DNA from: an uncultured Acidimicrobiales bacterium
GTDB taxonomy: Bacteria; Actinomycetota; Acidimicrobiia; Acidimicrobiales; SHLQ01
Length of the DNA stretch: 64,000 nucleotides
Direction: 5' to 3'
Assembly (NCBI GenBank): GCA_905479685.1
Contig: CAJQNJ010000086.1
Location: 3,921 to 67,920, forward strand
Both the position numbers and the translations under genes were made by a program. Below are positions 10,658-18,664 of this stretch, piece after piece. Below the pieces are notes generated by a model that saw only the letters and a list, made by a program, of their open reading frames with translations, was not told where the DNA came from and ran no database searches. Numbering within the stretch: the first letter of the stretch is position 1; each line of letters opens with the position of its first letter.

Positions 10658-10701
10658 AGCTGTCCGCCAGGCCGAATCCGGACCTGCCCCCGGAGATCAC
10701 C

Positions 10702-11469
10702 TCAGTGGAGCGTGTCACCTGAAGCCACCGAGCGCCGCATATCGACCAAACGTTCCAACGTTTCGAGATCATGTGCCGCGACCGGCGTGCGTCGCTCATC
10801 GTGCTCCAAGTGCACCAACTCGCGTCCGAATGCATCCTCGATCAAGACGCCGAGTTCGCGGCAGATGAGCAACCCCCCGAGGTAGTCCCACACGCCATGG
10901 GCCTCATGATCGAAGTCGATGTAGCCATCGAGCGCTCCCACGGCCACATAGCTGATGTCAAGCGCCGACGCACCAAGCGAGCGGAATTGCGCCCATGGCA
11001 TCGATCGCGGCGGAACCCCGTTGATCGCTACCACGGCTTGTGAGAGTTCTGGGGCGCGCACTGGTTTCACGAGCACGCCGTTCCGCCGTGCCCCCTGGCC
11101 ACGAATCGCCTCGAACCGCTCTCTGGTCACATGGTTCTCAACGATCGAGACCAGGGGTCCATCGTCGTCCACGACGCAGATACTCGTGTTGTACCAAGGA
11201 ATCCCGCGAGAGGCATTGGTCGAACCGTCGACGGGGTCGACCACCGCGACGAGCGATCGATCGGCGTGCATGACTCCCGCCTCTTCAGAAAGAACGCCGA
11301 GTCCAGCGTCGAGAAGCGACTGGACGAGCGGCCCGTCCACGAGGAGATCAAGCGCATACTGGCCCTTCCGCTCGCCATCTGCCCGTCGGTCGGTCGCCGA
11401 AGCGAGTTCGTCGACTGCCGCATCAACAACCCGACGGAGCAGCACTTGAAGGGACGTGGGGTCTGGCAT
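10702..11469 (-). CDS. inositol monophosphatase family protein
   Basis: 255 aa with the IMPase metal-binding motifs LSEEAG and VVDPVDGSTNA and a C-terminal WDYLGG-type motif. Confidence 0.8.
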   Translation of the reverse strand: MPDPTSLQVLLRRVVDAAVDELASATDRRADGERKGQYALDLLVDGPLVQSLLDAGLGVLSEEAGVMHADRSLVAVVDPVDGSTNASRGIPWYNTSICVVDDDGPLVSIVENHVTRERFEAIRGQGARRNGVLVKPVRAPELSQAVVAINGVPPRSMPWAQFRSLGASALDISYVAVGALDGYIDFDHEAHGVWDYLGGLLICRELGVLIEDAFGRELVHLEHDERRTPVAAHDLETLERLVDMRRSVASGDTLH

Positions 11470-12152
11470 TGTTCTCCGGATGTCGTGACTCGTCGGCAGT
11501 TGTGCCGGTATCGAAACGACACGGTAGCCTGCGGTCGTTCGTGGCCGTCGGCCGCGACACGTTCTTCGAAGGAAACGTCTTGGCGATCATTGACATCGCA
11601 GGGTTCATCACCGACCTCAAGGATCATGGGACTCACCACGGGTTCCACGTGCACGATGAGCGTCACTTCGTCGAGACCTACTCGATGCGTCAGGCCTTCG
11701 AGGTCGATCTGCATCCTGAACACGCGTGCGGCGGACCCCTCGACCTGCACCTCTCGCTCGAGATCGATCCGCGAATGATGCTGGCGTTCGAGGACGAGGT
11801 CTATGCGCTGCCCGATCAAACCGACGCACCGTCGGACGATCTTCGGTTTCCGCTGCTCTTCACATGGAGCCTGCCTCCCCTCGTCTACGGACCCGACCTC
11901 CTGGTGCTTGCGACAGAGCTTGCCGGCGTCGGAGGACCTGATCTACCACTCGACATCAGTGCAGTCGACGGCTTTGCAGCGGTCACCGATGCACCCGAGC
12001 GCAGTCTGAACGTAGTTGCCCGGGTAGAGCTTCCGTTGGCGCGGATCTACCTCGGTGAAGATGACCTCTGCGACGTGCTGGACCGATGCCACGCGGTGAG
12101 CGACTACCTCCTCGATCGAGCCGCATCGTGGCTTGGAGAAGGGCTCGCCTGA
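11469..12152 (+). CDS. hypothetical protein (acidic; start uncertain)
   Basis: 227-aa ORF starting at TTG. G/C-ending codons predominate through the C-terminal two thirds. I recognise no family, and the true start is probably an internal GTG/ATG. Confidence 0.4.
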   Translation: MFSGCRDSSAVVPVSKRHGSLRSFVAVGRDTFFEGNVLAIIDIAGFITDLKDHGTHHGFHVHDERHFVETYSMRQAFEVDLHPEHACGGPLDLHLSLEIDPRMMLAFEDEVYALPDQTDAPSDDLRFPLLFTWSLPPLVYGPDLLVLATELAGVGGPDLPLDISAVDGFAAVTDAPERSLNVVARVELPLARIYLGEDDLCDVLDRCHAVSDYLLDRAASWLGEGLA

Positions 12153-12189
12153 GTCACCCGGCACGACCAAGGCGACATACGCGTGACCT

Positions 12190-12216
12190 CTTGATTGCTC
12201 TTCTGTGTCAATCAAG
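12190..12216. promoter_or_regulatory. AT-rich 8-bp perfect inverted repeat CTTGATTG-N11-CAATCAAG
   Basis: Read directly: cttgattg at 12190-12197 and caatcaag at 12209-12216, in the intergenic region upstream of the small ORF at 12330. Could be an operator or the stem-loop terminating the 11469..12152 gene. Confidence 0.3.
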
Positions 12217-12329
12217 TGACAACAGGCGCAATGATCCTCACGCTCCGCGGGCAGGGACTAAGTTGTGTGCATAGCGAGGGCACCGAGTGTGATCGGAACC
12301 ATCACCTTGAGCTCGCTCCGGAGGAACCC

Positions 12330-12575
12330 ATGGCGGTCACCGCGCCGATCGAAAGCGAAATGCAACAGGACAGGCTTACCGGCGATGACGTTACCGTAAG
12401 CGACGGTGCCAGCGATGACATCGTCATCATCTCCGATGAAGCGCAGACAGACAAAGCTTCCTTCGCGTCGACGGCCACCACGCAGCCTCCCCGCGACCCG
12501 GCCATGATCTTCGTGTACCTCGGGATGCTGACGCTGCTTGCAATCATCGCCACGTCAGCATTTCTGGCTCTGTAG
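12330..12575 (+). CDS. small acidic protein with C-terminal transmembrane anchor
   Basis: 81 aa from ATG 12330, preceded by GGAGGA. The sequence MAVTAPIESEMQQDRLTGDD... ends in the hydrophobic tail MIFVYLGMLTLLAIIATSAFLAL. Confidence 0.5.
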   Translation: MAVTAPIESEMQQDRLTGDDVTVSDGASDDIVIISDEAQTDKASFASTATTQPPRDPAMIFVYLGMLTLLAIIATSAFLAL

Positions 12576-12580
12576 CTACA

Positions 12581-14677
12581 TCACCAACACGAGGTCCACG
12601 TAGGTTCACCATCGGGACACAACGTCCCATCGAAGCTTGCGTCTCCCGCACCCTCCGGGAATCCCTCAGCTCCCGTGAAGTCAGCCTCGACAAACGAGGT
12701 GCCGTGAATCCATAGTCCCCCGATGCGCGCGTTTCGAAAGACCGCGTTGTCGGCGATTGCATATTTCAGACGAGATCCAACGAACATCGCCTCGGCGAAG
12801 TCCGCCCCCCAGACGTCGGCACCGATCAGACTCCACTCGGTAAATACCGCTCCCGAGAATGTTGATTCACGTGCCGACACGTTTTCCATCGTCCCGTTCT
12901 CCAACATCGCGTTTGTGAAGTTCGTGCCAATGAGTTGCGCTGAAGTAAACGAACTACCGGCGATCGCAGCGCCGCGAAATGATGCGCCTGTCAGATCAGC
13001 GCCCAGGAGCGAAACGTTCGTGAACGTCACCCCGTCGAGGCGCGCACCGACCAGCGAAGCCTCCTTGAGCGTCGTCCCATCGAGAACTGCGCCCTCCAAA
13101 GTTGCACCGTCGAGGACCGCGCCCGTGAGATCGACGCTTCCGAGATTGCACCCGTTCAGGTCAGCTCCTTCCAGCTCGGTCGCTCCAGCCTGAGCCCTTT
13201 CGCAGTCGTCGATGGGCACGACGTCAGTGGTCGTGACCTCCGTCGTGACCGACGGCAGGAGGACCTCTGTGGTCGATGTGGAGGCGGGCGGCAACGTGAC
13301 GTCGACGGTGGTTGTTGTCACCTGGATGGTTGTCGTCGTGATCGTCGATGAGGTGGACCGTGCGGCGTCGCCGGATGGAGAAGTCGGGGTCGTCTCCGAT
13401 ATCGATGTTGTGGCGACAGTGCCGTTGGTGGTCGTCGGGAAGGCTGTGCTGGTTGAAGGAGTCGATACGCGGGTCGTGAGTGTTTCCGATGGCCCGATTT
13501 CGTCGGTCAGTCGAAGCTCCGTCGCCGCTGCTTGCACATATGCGATCGCTTCGGGAATGTCGATCGGCTCGAAGCCACCTGTGGCGACTGTGATTCCCGT
13601 TGCGGTCGCCAGCGTCAGCACTGACGCCGTCACGGCTTGGCTCACCGGTGCGGCAACGGCGCTACCGAGAAACGGCACTTGTAACGCCCACGAGAGAGGC
13701 CACATCGACCGGCGGACCTTGCCGACGCCGACGTTGAGAAATGCTCGCACGACATCGGGATCAAATTGTGTTCCCGCACACCGCGCCAGTTCTTCCCTGG
13801 CGCTGGCCGCCGAGATCGGCTTCTTGTACGACCGGGCGGCGGTCATCACATCGTACGCGTCGGCCACCGCGACGATCCGACCGGCGACGCTGATGTCATC
13901 GCCCCGAAGGCCGCGGGGATAGCCTTCGCCGTCGAACCGCTCGTGGTGTTCTCCTACCGCTCCGATCCACGGTCCGAGGAAGTCTGCGAGCGGAGCTACG
14001 AGGTGCATTCCTTGTGTGGGATGCGTCTTCACAATTGCGAATTCTCGGTCGGTCAAGGCTCCCGGTTTGCTGAGGATCTCGTAGGGGATCTTCAGTTTTC
14101 CGACATCGTGAATGAGACCCGCCCATTGCAGTCGATTGCTGTCCTGCTCGTTGAGACCGATCTCTTCTGCGATCAGCGCCGTGTACGCCCGCACCCGTTC
14201 GGAGTGGCCGCGTGTGAGGCGATCATGGCGGCTGAGTGCAGCTGTCAGCTCAACGATGACCTGCGCTGCCTCGGCTTCCGAACCGGTGAACTCTGCCGAT
14301 TCGAGTTGGGCGAGGCGCTTCTCGAGCGAACGCGTGCTTCCCGACCGGAGAGCGATGATGAATCGCGACGGCGCCTGGTCGGGGAAGACGAGCGAGAGTC
14401 GAAGAAGTGCCGCAAGTGGCAGGAAGCGCCTGGCTACCCTGTCCGTCGCTGCTCCCAACGTCATCGCTACACCGGCGAGAACGAAGAACCGTCCGGCTGC
14501 AGGAAGCCACCTGTCAGGGGCCGGCCACCGCAGCGTGAGAAGCCAGGTTGCGATGAATGCCAAGACCAGTGGTGCGGCGAACGCTACAGCTCGGATCGCG
14601 AACGCCGCCCAAGGATTGTCACCCCATGCGGACGCCTTCCGGCGTTCTTCGGTAGCCGTTGGCGGTGTCGGAGTCAC
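12581..14677 (-). CDS. membrane HD-GYP domain protein (c-di-GMP phosphodiesterase type) with C-terminal pentapeptide-repeat domain
   Basis: 698 aa starting at GTG. Two N-terminal TM helices are followed by an HD-GYP core (HDVGKLKIP ... GEHHERFDGEGYPRGL). Then come further hydrophobic segments, a Thr/Ser-rich linker, and about 200 aa of A(D/N)LxG-type pentapeptide repeats (GADLNGCNLGSVDLTGAVLDGATLEGAVLDGTTL...). Confidence 0.8.
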   Translation of the reverse strand: MTPTPPTATEERRKASAWGDNPWAAFAIRAVAFAAPLVLAFIATWLLTLRWPAPDRWLPAAGRFFVLAGVAMTLGAATDRVARRFLPLAALLRLSLVFPDQAPSRFIIALRSGSTRSLEKRLAQLESAEFTGSEAEAAQVIVELTAALSRHDRLTRGHSERVRAYTALIAEEIGLNEQDSNRLQWAGLIHDVGKLKIPYEILSKPGALTDREFAIVKTHPTQGMHLVAPLADFLGPWIGAVGEHHERFDGEGYPRGLRGDDISVAGRIVAVADAYDVMTAARSYKKPISAASAREELARCAGTQFDPDVVRAFLNVGVGKVRRSMWPLSWALQVPFLGSAVAAPVSQAVTASVLTLATATGITVATGGFEPIDIPEAIAYVQAAATELRLTDEIGPSETLTTRVSTPSTSTAFPTTTNGTVATTSISETTPTSPSGDAARSTSSTITTTTIQVTTTTVDVTLPPASTSTTEVLLPSVTTEVTTTDVVPIDDCERAQAGATELEGADLNGCNLGSVDLTGAVLDGATLEGAVLDGTTLKEASLVGARLDGVTFTNVSLLGADLTGASFRGAAIAGSSFTSAQLIGTNFTNAMLENGTMENVSARESTFSGAVFTEWSLIGADVWGADFAEAMFVGSRLKYAIADNAVFRNARIGGLWIHGTSFVEADFTGAEGFPEGAGDASFDGTLCPDGEPTWTSCW

Positions 14678-14738
14678 CGAAGGTATTTCGACGCGATCCC
14701 ATAACCATCACATAGGCCATTTGGCAGAGGCCGATCGG

Positions 14739-16184
14739 TCAGGACTGCACTGTCTCGACCAACAACAAGTTCGCGACCAACGAAGCATTTGTAGATCCAG
14801 CAACGACGGGGACGACCTGCCCGGCAGCCAACAAACCCCTGTTCCGAAGCTCCGCAATGAGATCAGGAATCCGACCAGGGCCCTCCCCGAGAGACTTCGC
14901 GAGGATTGGCGTTGCGCCCCACACCAGGCTGAGCTGCCGGAGGGTCCGAGGGTTGTCGGTCACCGCGAGTACTGCTGCCTCGGGCCGATACCGACAGATT
15001 GCTCGCGCGGTGGCGCCAGTCCCGGTCGCGCAGACGACTGCGGGTGCGCCGAGGGCGCTGATTGCCCGCACGGACGCAGCCGAGACTGCATTCGCGATCC
15101 GGACGTTCTGATCGACTGCTTGTCGTTGGCCAAAAGACTCCACGCGCCGCGCCCAAGATCCGCTGTCGAAGAGTTCCTCGGCGCTCCGAAGGATCTCGTC
15201 CATGGTCTTCACGACGAGTACGGGGTCGTGTCCGATTGCGGTCTCGCCCGAGAGCATCACTGCCGATGTCCCATCGAGAACGGCATTTGCCACGTCGGTG
15301 ACTTCGGCTCGGGTGGGCAGCGGGTTGTCGGTCATCGTTTCGAGCATCTGTGTTGCGGTGATCACAGGCAGCCCGACTTTCACCGTGCTTTCGATGATCT
15401 GCTTCTGCAGCCCGGGAAGTTGTGCGAGTGAACACTCGAGGCCGAGGTCTCCTCGAGCGACCATCACTGCGTCGGTCACCTCCAAGATCGTTTCGAGATT
15501 GTCGACTGCTGCTTGTGTCTCGATCTTTGCCACAACGAGCGGGCCAGCCGGCGCATTCTCGAGCCCGAGCGCACGAATGTCGCGGGCGGTTCGCACAAAC
15601 GACACGGCGACTATCTCAACGCCGACTTCGACCGCAGCGTCAAGCGAGCGAATGTCCTCTGGTGTCGGAGTGGCCACGTTCAGTCGGTCCGAGGGGATGT
15701 GGACCCCTGGTCGACCCCGCATCAGTCCCCCGTAGACGACGGTGGCACGGCACATGTCCGTTCCCACATGGCTCACACGCAGCACAGCTCGGCCGTCGCC
15801 AAGGTTGAGGGTGTCCCCGTGGCGTAGGTCCTCGGCGAGCGAGTCGTGGCTGACATGAATCACCTTGGAGGAGCTCGGCTCGGTCCCAGGGCGCAGCTCG
15901 ACCTCCTCTCCCTCCAGGAGGCGAACACCATCCTCGCCGAAGCTCCCCGCTCGCACCTTCGGTCCGGGTAGGTCGATCATGACGGCCGCTGCCGAGCGCT
16001 TCTGGTCGGCCACCTCCCGTATACGACTCACCCTCGAGAGGACGACGTCGATGCCATCGTGCGCAAGGCCGATCCGGAAGACATCGACGCCCGCGTCGAT
16101 CAGGTCACCGATCTGCTCGGGTGACTCGGAAGCCGGTCCGATCGTCGCAACGATCTTGGTTCGTCTCGTCCGGGGTGTGGCCAT
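14739..16184 (-). CDS. pyk: pyruvate kinase
   Basis: 481 aa. The N-terminus RRTKIVATIGPAS and the motifs MVARGDLG and SGETA are typical of pyruvate kinase. Confidence 0.93.
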   Translation of the reverse strand: MATPRTRRTKIVATIGPASESPEQIGDLIDAGVDVFRIGLAHDGIDVVLSRVSRIREVADQKRSAAAVMIDLPGPKVRAGSFGEDGVRLLEGEEVELRPGTEPSSSKVIHVSHDSLAEDLRHGDTLNLGDGRAVLRVSHVGTDMCRATVVYGGLMRGRPGVHIPSDRLNVATPTPEDIRSLDAAVEVGVEIVAVSFVRTARDIRALGLENAPAGPLVVAKIETQAAVDNLETILEVTDAVMVARGDLGLECSLAQLPGLQKQIIESTVKVGLPVITATQMLETMTDNPLPTRAEVTDVANAVLDGTSAVMLSGETAIGHDPVLVVKTMDEILRSAEELFDSGSWARRVESFGQRQAVDQNVRIANAVSAASVRAISALGAPAVVCATGTGATARAICRYRPEAAVLAVTDNPRTLRQLSLVWGATPILAKSLGEGPGRIPDLIAELRNRGLLAAGQVVPVVAGSTNASLVANLLLVETVQS

Positions 16185-16274
16185 ACCCCCGACCGTAGTC
16201 AGGTTCGGCCGGTCGCCACGGCTGGATGGCTGATCTTTGGCGCCGTGGAGCGCTTCAGTCCCTGATCAAGATCA

Positions 16275-16637
16275 TTACTCCTGGATCCAGGTCGTTGCCG
16301 CGCCCTGGGCATCTACGGCGAAGACCCTGACGTCGCCGGGCATCAACCATCCAAACGCCTTCACCGATCGTCGTACCAGCGAAGAATCAGTGACGATCGC
16401 GATCCGCTCGTAGGACGTGAAGGTCTGCATGCCCAGTTTGGCGTCCTCCCACATCGCGTCGGCCTCATACCCCTCGAACTCAGGGCCGAGCACATACAGG
16501 AATCGGATCTTGTCGTGCCGTGACAAGCGATCTTCGATCTCGGGGACCAACACGTCCTCGTAATCGTCGTCCTCGACATCGCCGATGGCACGCATCCCGA
16601 CGACATTGTCGGGGAGACCTGGAATCAGTTCGAGCAT
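16275..16637 (-). CDS. SpoIIAA-like / STAS-fold small protein (DUF3478-type)
   Basis: 120 aa. The pattern G..G.ledDY...l.pe.e......kirlL......f.G.e..a.wed.k.g......eRiAiVtD matches my memory of the SpoIIAA-like DUF3478 family. Confidence 0.65.
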   Translation of the reverse strand: MLELIPGLPDNVVGMRAIGDVEDDDYEDVLVPEIEDRLSRHDKIRFLYVLGPEFEGYEADAMWEDAKLGMQTFTSYERIAIVTDSSLVRRSVKAFGWLMPGDVRVFAVDAQGAATTWIQE

Positions 16638-16685
16638 TGCTCACCTCTCGTGTTCGTTGTCACGCATGATGCGTACCCGTTTCTA

Positions 16686-17750
16686 TCAACTCTCCTGGCT
16701 CGTCGCAGTGGGAGGGTCCGGGTCACCGATGTCCGCGTCGGCAATACCTCGGCTGTCGATCCATTCGTCCATCTGCTTCCAGTGGTCATACAACCATTGC
16801 TCGCGCTCTGGTTCCGGCGGAACCTGATCGGCCGTCACGGACCACAGTCGGGAGACGACGTTGGCGTCCATTGGAATTCCTCGCCACAGATCCTTCATCG
16901 TGCTCAGCTCCTCGAGTCCGACGTGGCCGACGAAAACGATGCGGGCGGTCGGTGCAGCGGCAATCGCTGTAAGCGCGCCGGTCGGTTTTGGCGGGAGGAC
17001 ATGATGCATCTGCCGGGCCTGATCGGCCAGCCCAGGGCGGCCGATCTCCTCCAACTTCTCAATCGCTCGAGCATGACGAGCTGGCGTGAAATTGCCGCCC
17101 TCGGGGAACAACACGAATGCATCGCCGGGGCCCATCCCGCCCGATAACTCGACGATCGAATCGATCACCACATTGCCTGCTCTTCCCTTGCTCGGGATGA
17201 AACGGTTGGGCAGGCGGTTCAGCACCACATCCACGCACGGGTCGAACTGGAGTAGATCTTTCAGGACAATCCGGGGTCTGCGTTGCGATCGATTCAGCAA
17301 CGCGTCGATCAACAGAAAGGAGTCGCCCGGCCCGGCGTGACGACTGAAGACGATCAGCGGCGCATCGGTCTGCTCGACTGGGGTGTCGTCTTGGTCATCG
17401 CGTTCGATCACCAGGTTGAAGGTCCGACGGGCACTGCCCATCACCCGACGTAGCCACCACGCAGCCAGCGCGTAGTGGAGGTCTTCGAATCGAGGCGAAC
17501 GGATCTTCCAACCAAAGCCTGATGCGATCCACAACACGAACAGGACGACGAGCATCACCGATTCGAAGAAGAGGTAGACGAAGAGGAACCATGCGACACG
17601 CAGGATCCGCCAGCGACCCGGGACGATCCGTGAGGCGAATGCCGCGACGGCCGCCCAGAGCGGCAAGGTGGTGAACAGTGCGACCGTACCGAGAACGAAT
17701 ACAGGTGCCAAGACCAACCGTCGGAACCAATAGGGTGGCAGTTCACTCAC
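16686..17750 (-). CDS. lysophospholipid / 1-acylglycerol-3-phosphate acyltransferase family membrane protein
   Basis: ORF 16686..17837 is trimmed to GTG 17750, which overlaps the patatin gene stop as GTGA. N-terminal TM helices are followed by the acyltransferase HX4D motif (SRHAGPGDSFLL) and the FPEGGNFTP motif. Confidence 0.75.
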   Translation of the reverse strand: MSELPPYWFRRLVLAPVFVLGTVALFTTLPLWAAVAAFASRIVPGRWRILRVAWFLFVYLFFESVMLVVLFVLWIASGFGWKIRSPRFEDLHYALAAWWLRRVMGSARRTFNLVIERDDQDDTPVEQTDAPLIVFSRHAGPGDSFLLIDALLNRSQRRPRIVLKDLLQFDPCVDVVLNRLPNRFIPSKGRAGNVVIDSIVELSGGMGPGDAFVLFPEGGNFTPARHARAIEKLEEIGRPGLADQARQMHHVLPPKPTGALTAIAAAPTARIVFVGHVGLEELSTMKDLWRGIPMDANVVSRLWSVTADQVPPEPEREQWLYDHWKQMDEWIDSRGIADADIGDPDPPTATSQES

Positions 17751-18664
17751 GACTGTGTACTCAACTCTTCGAGATACATCGTGCTGGCGTTGTATGCGTC
17801 CTCGACGAGCGTTCCTGTCTCGCCGAGATCGGACCATTTGAGCTGGCGTCGATCATCGAACTCAACGTCGTTGGCACTCGGGAGAATGTGGACCTCGACG
17901 CCGGGCGGGATGCGATCACGGATCGAGCCGAACCGATGGCGGCGGGCGATCTCGAACGCAAGCAACGCCGGTTCGTAGAACTTGGTTGGCGCCCGTAGCG
18001 GCTGCTCCAAACGTCCGACCTGGAGCACGTAGATCTCGGTGGCACCGAGATCGACTGCCCGATCGACCGGAACCGAATTGACCAAGCCTCCGTCGTAGAA
18101 GTGCTCACCATCGATCTCGACGGGCGGGAAGAGCGTGGGGACGGCAGACGACGCCAGAAGCGCATCGATGAGGGAGCCTTCGCTGAACCAGTGCTCGGCA
18201 GCCCGCTCGATCGAGGCGCCAACGCACTGGAACTCCACAGCAAGCTCATCGAACGTTCGCGCCGACAGCGTGTGCTCGAGCATGTCACGCAGCGGCTGGG
18301 GGTCCTGGATGGCGACCCGGAGTCGGGCGGCGCTTCGGACCCGATCGATGACGTTGGCACCGAGGAGGTCGGACGTGGCTACCTCAGCCCAAAGACGATC
18401 GAGGGTCTCGATGCCAGAAGACGTCGGATCCGCAGCGAACACCGCTCCGTTGAACGCCCCGATGGACGCCCCCACGATCAGATCGGGAAGGATCCCTGCG
18501 TTGACCAGCGCTCGCAACATGCCCACCTCGACCGCGCCCCACCGGCCACCACCACCGAGCACGAATGCAACATGAGGAGACCGTGTCGCAGCATTCTGCT
18601 CGGTCATGGGCGAGGTTGATTCGACCGAATCAGTCGGACGGACCATAGATGTCCTCGACGACAT
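17747..18664 (-). CDS. patatin-like phospholipase
   Basis: Oxyanion-hole motif AFVLGGGGRWGA, nucleophile elbow GASIG (GxSxG) and a later DGG Asp motif. Start is ATG 18664, 18646 or 18607; the first two overlap the fadD 3' end. Confidence 0.85.
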   Translation of the reverse strand: MSSRTSMVRPTDSVESTSPMTEQNAATRSPHVAFVLGGGGRWGAVEVGMLRALVNAGILPDLIVGASIGAFNGAVFAADPTSSGIETLDRLWAEVATSDLLGANVIDRVRSAARLRVAIQDPQPLRDMLEHTLSARTFDELAVEFQCVGASIERAAEHWFSEGSLIDALLASSAVPTLFPPVEIDGEHFYDGGLVNSVPVDRAVDLGATEIYVLQVGRLEQPLRAPTKFYEPALLAFEIARRHRFGSIRDRIPPGVEVHILPSANDVEFDDRRQLKWSDLGETGTLVEDAYNASTMYLEELSTQS

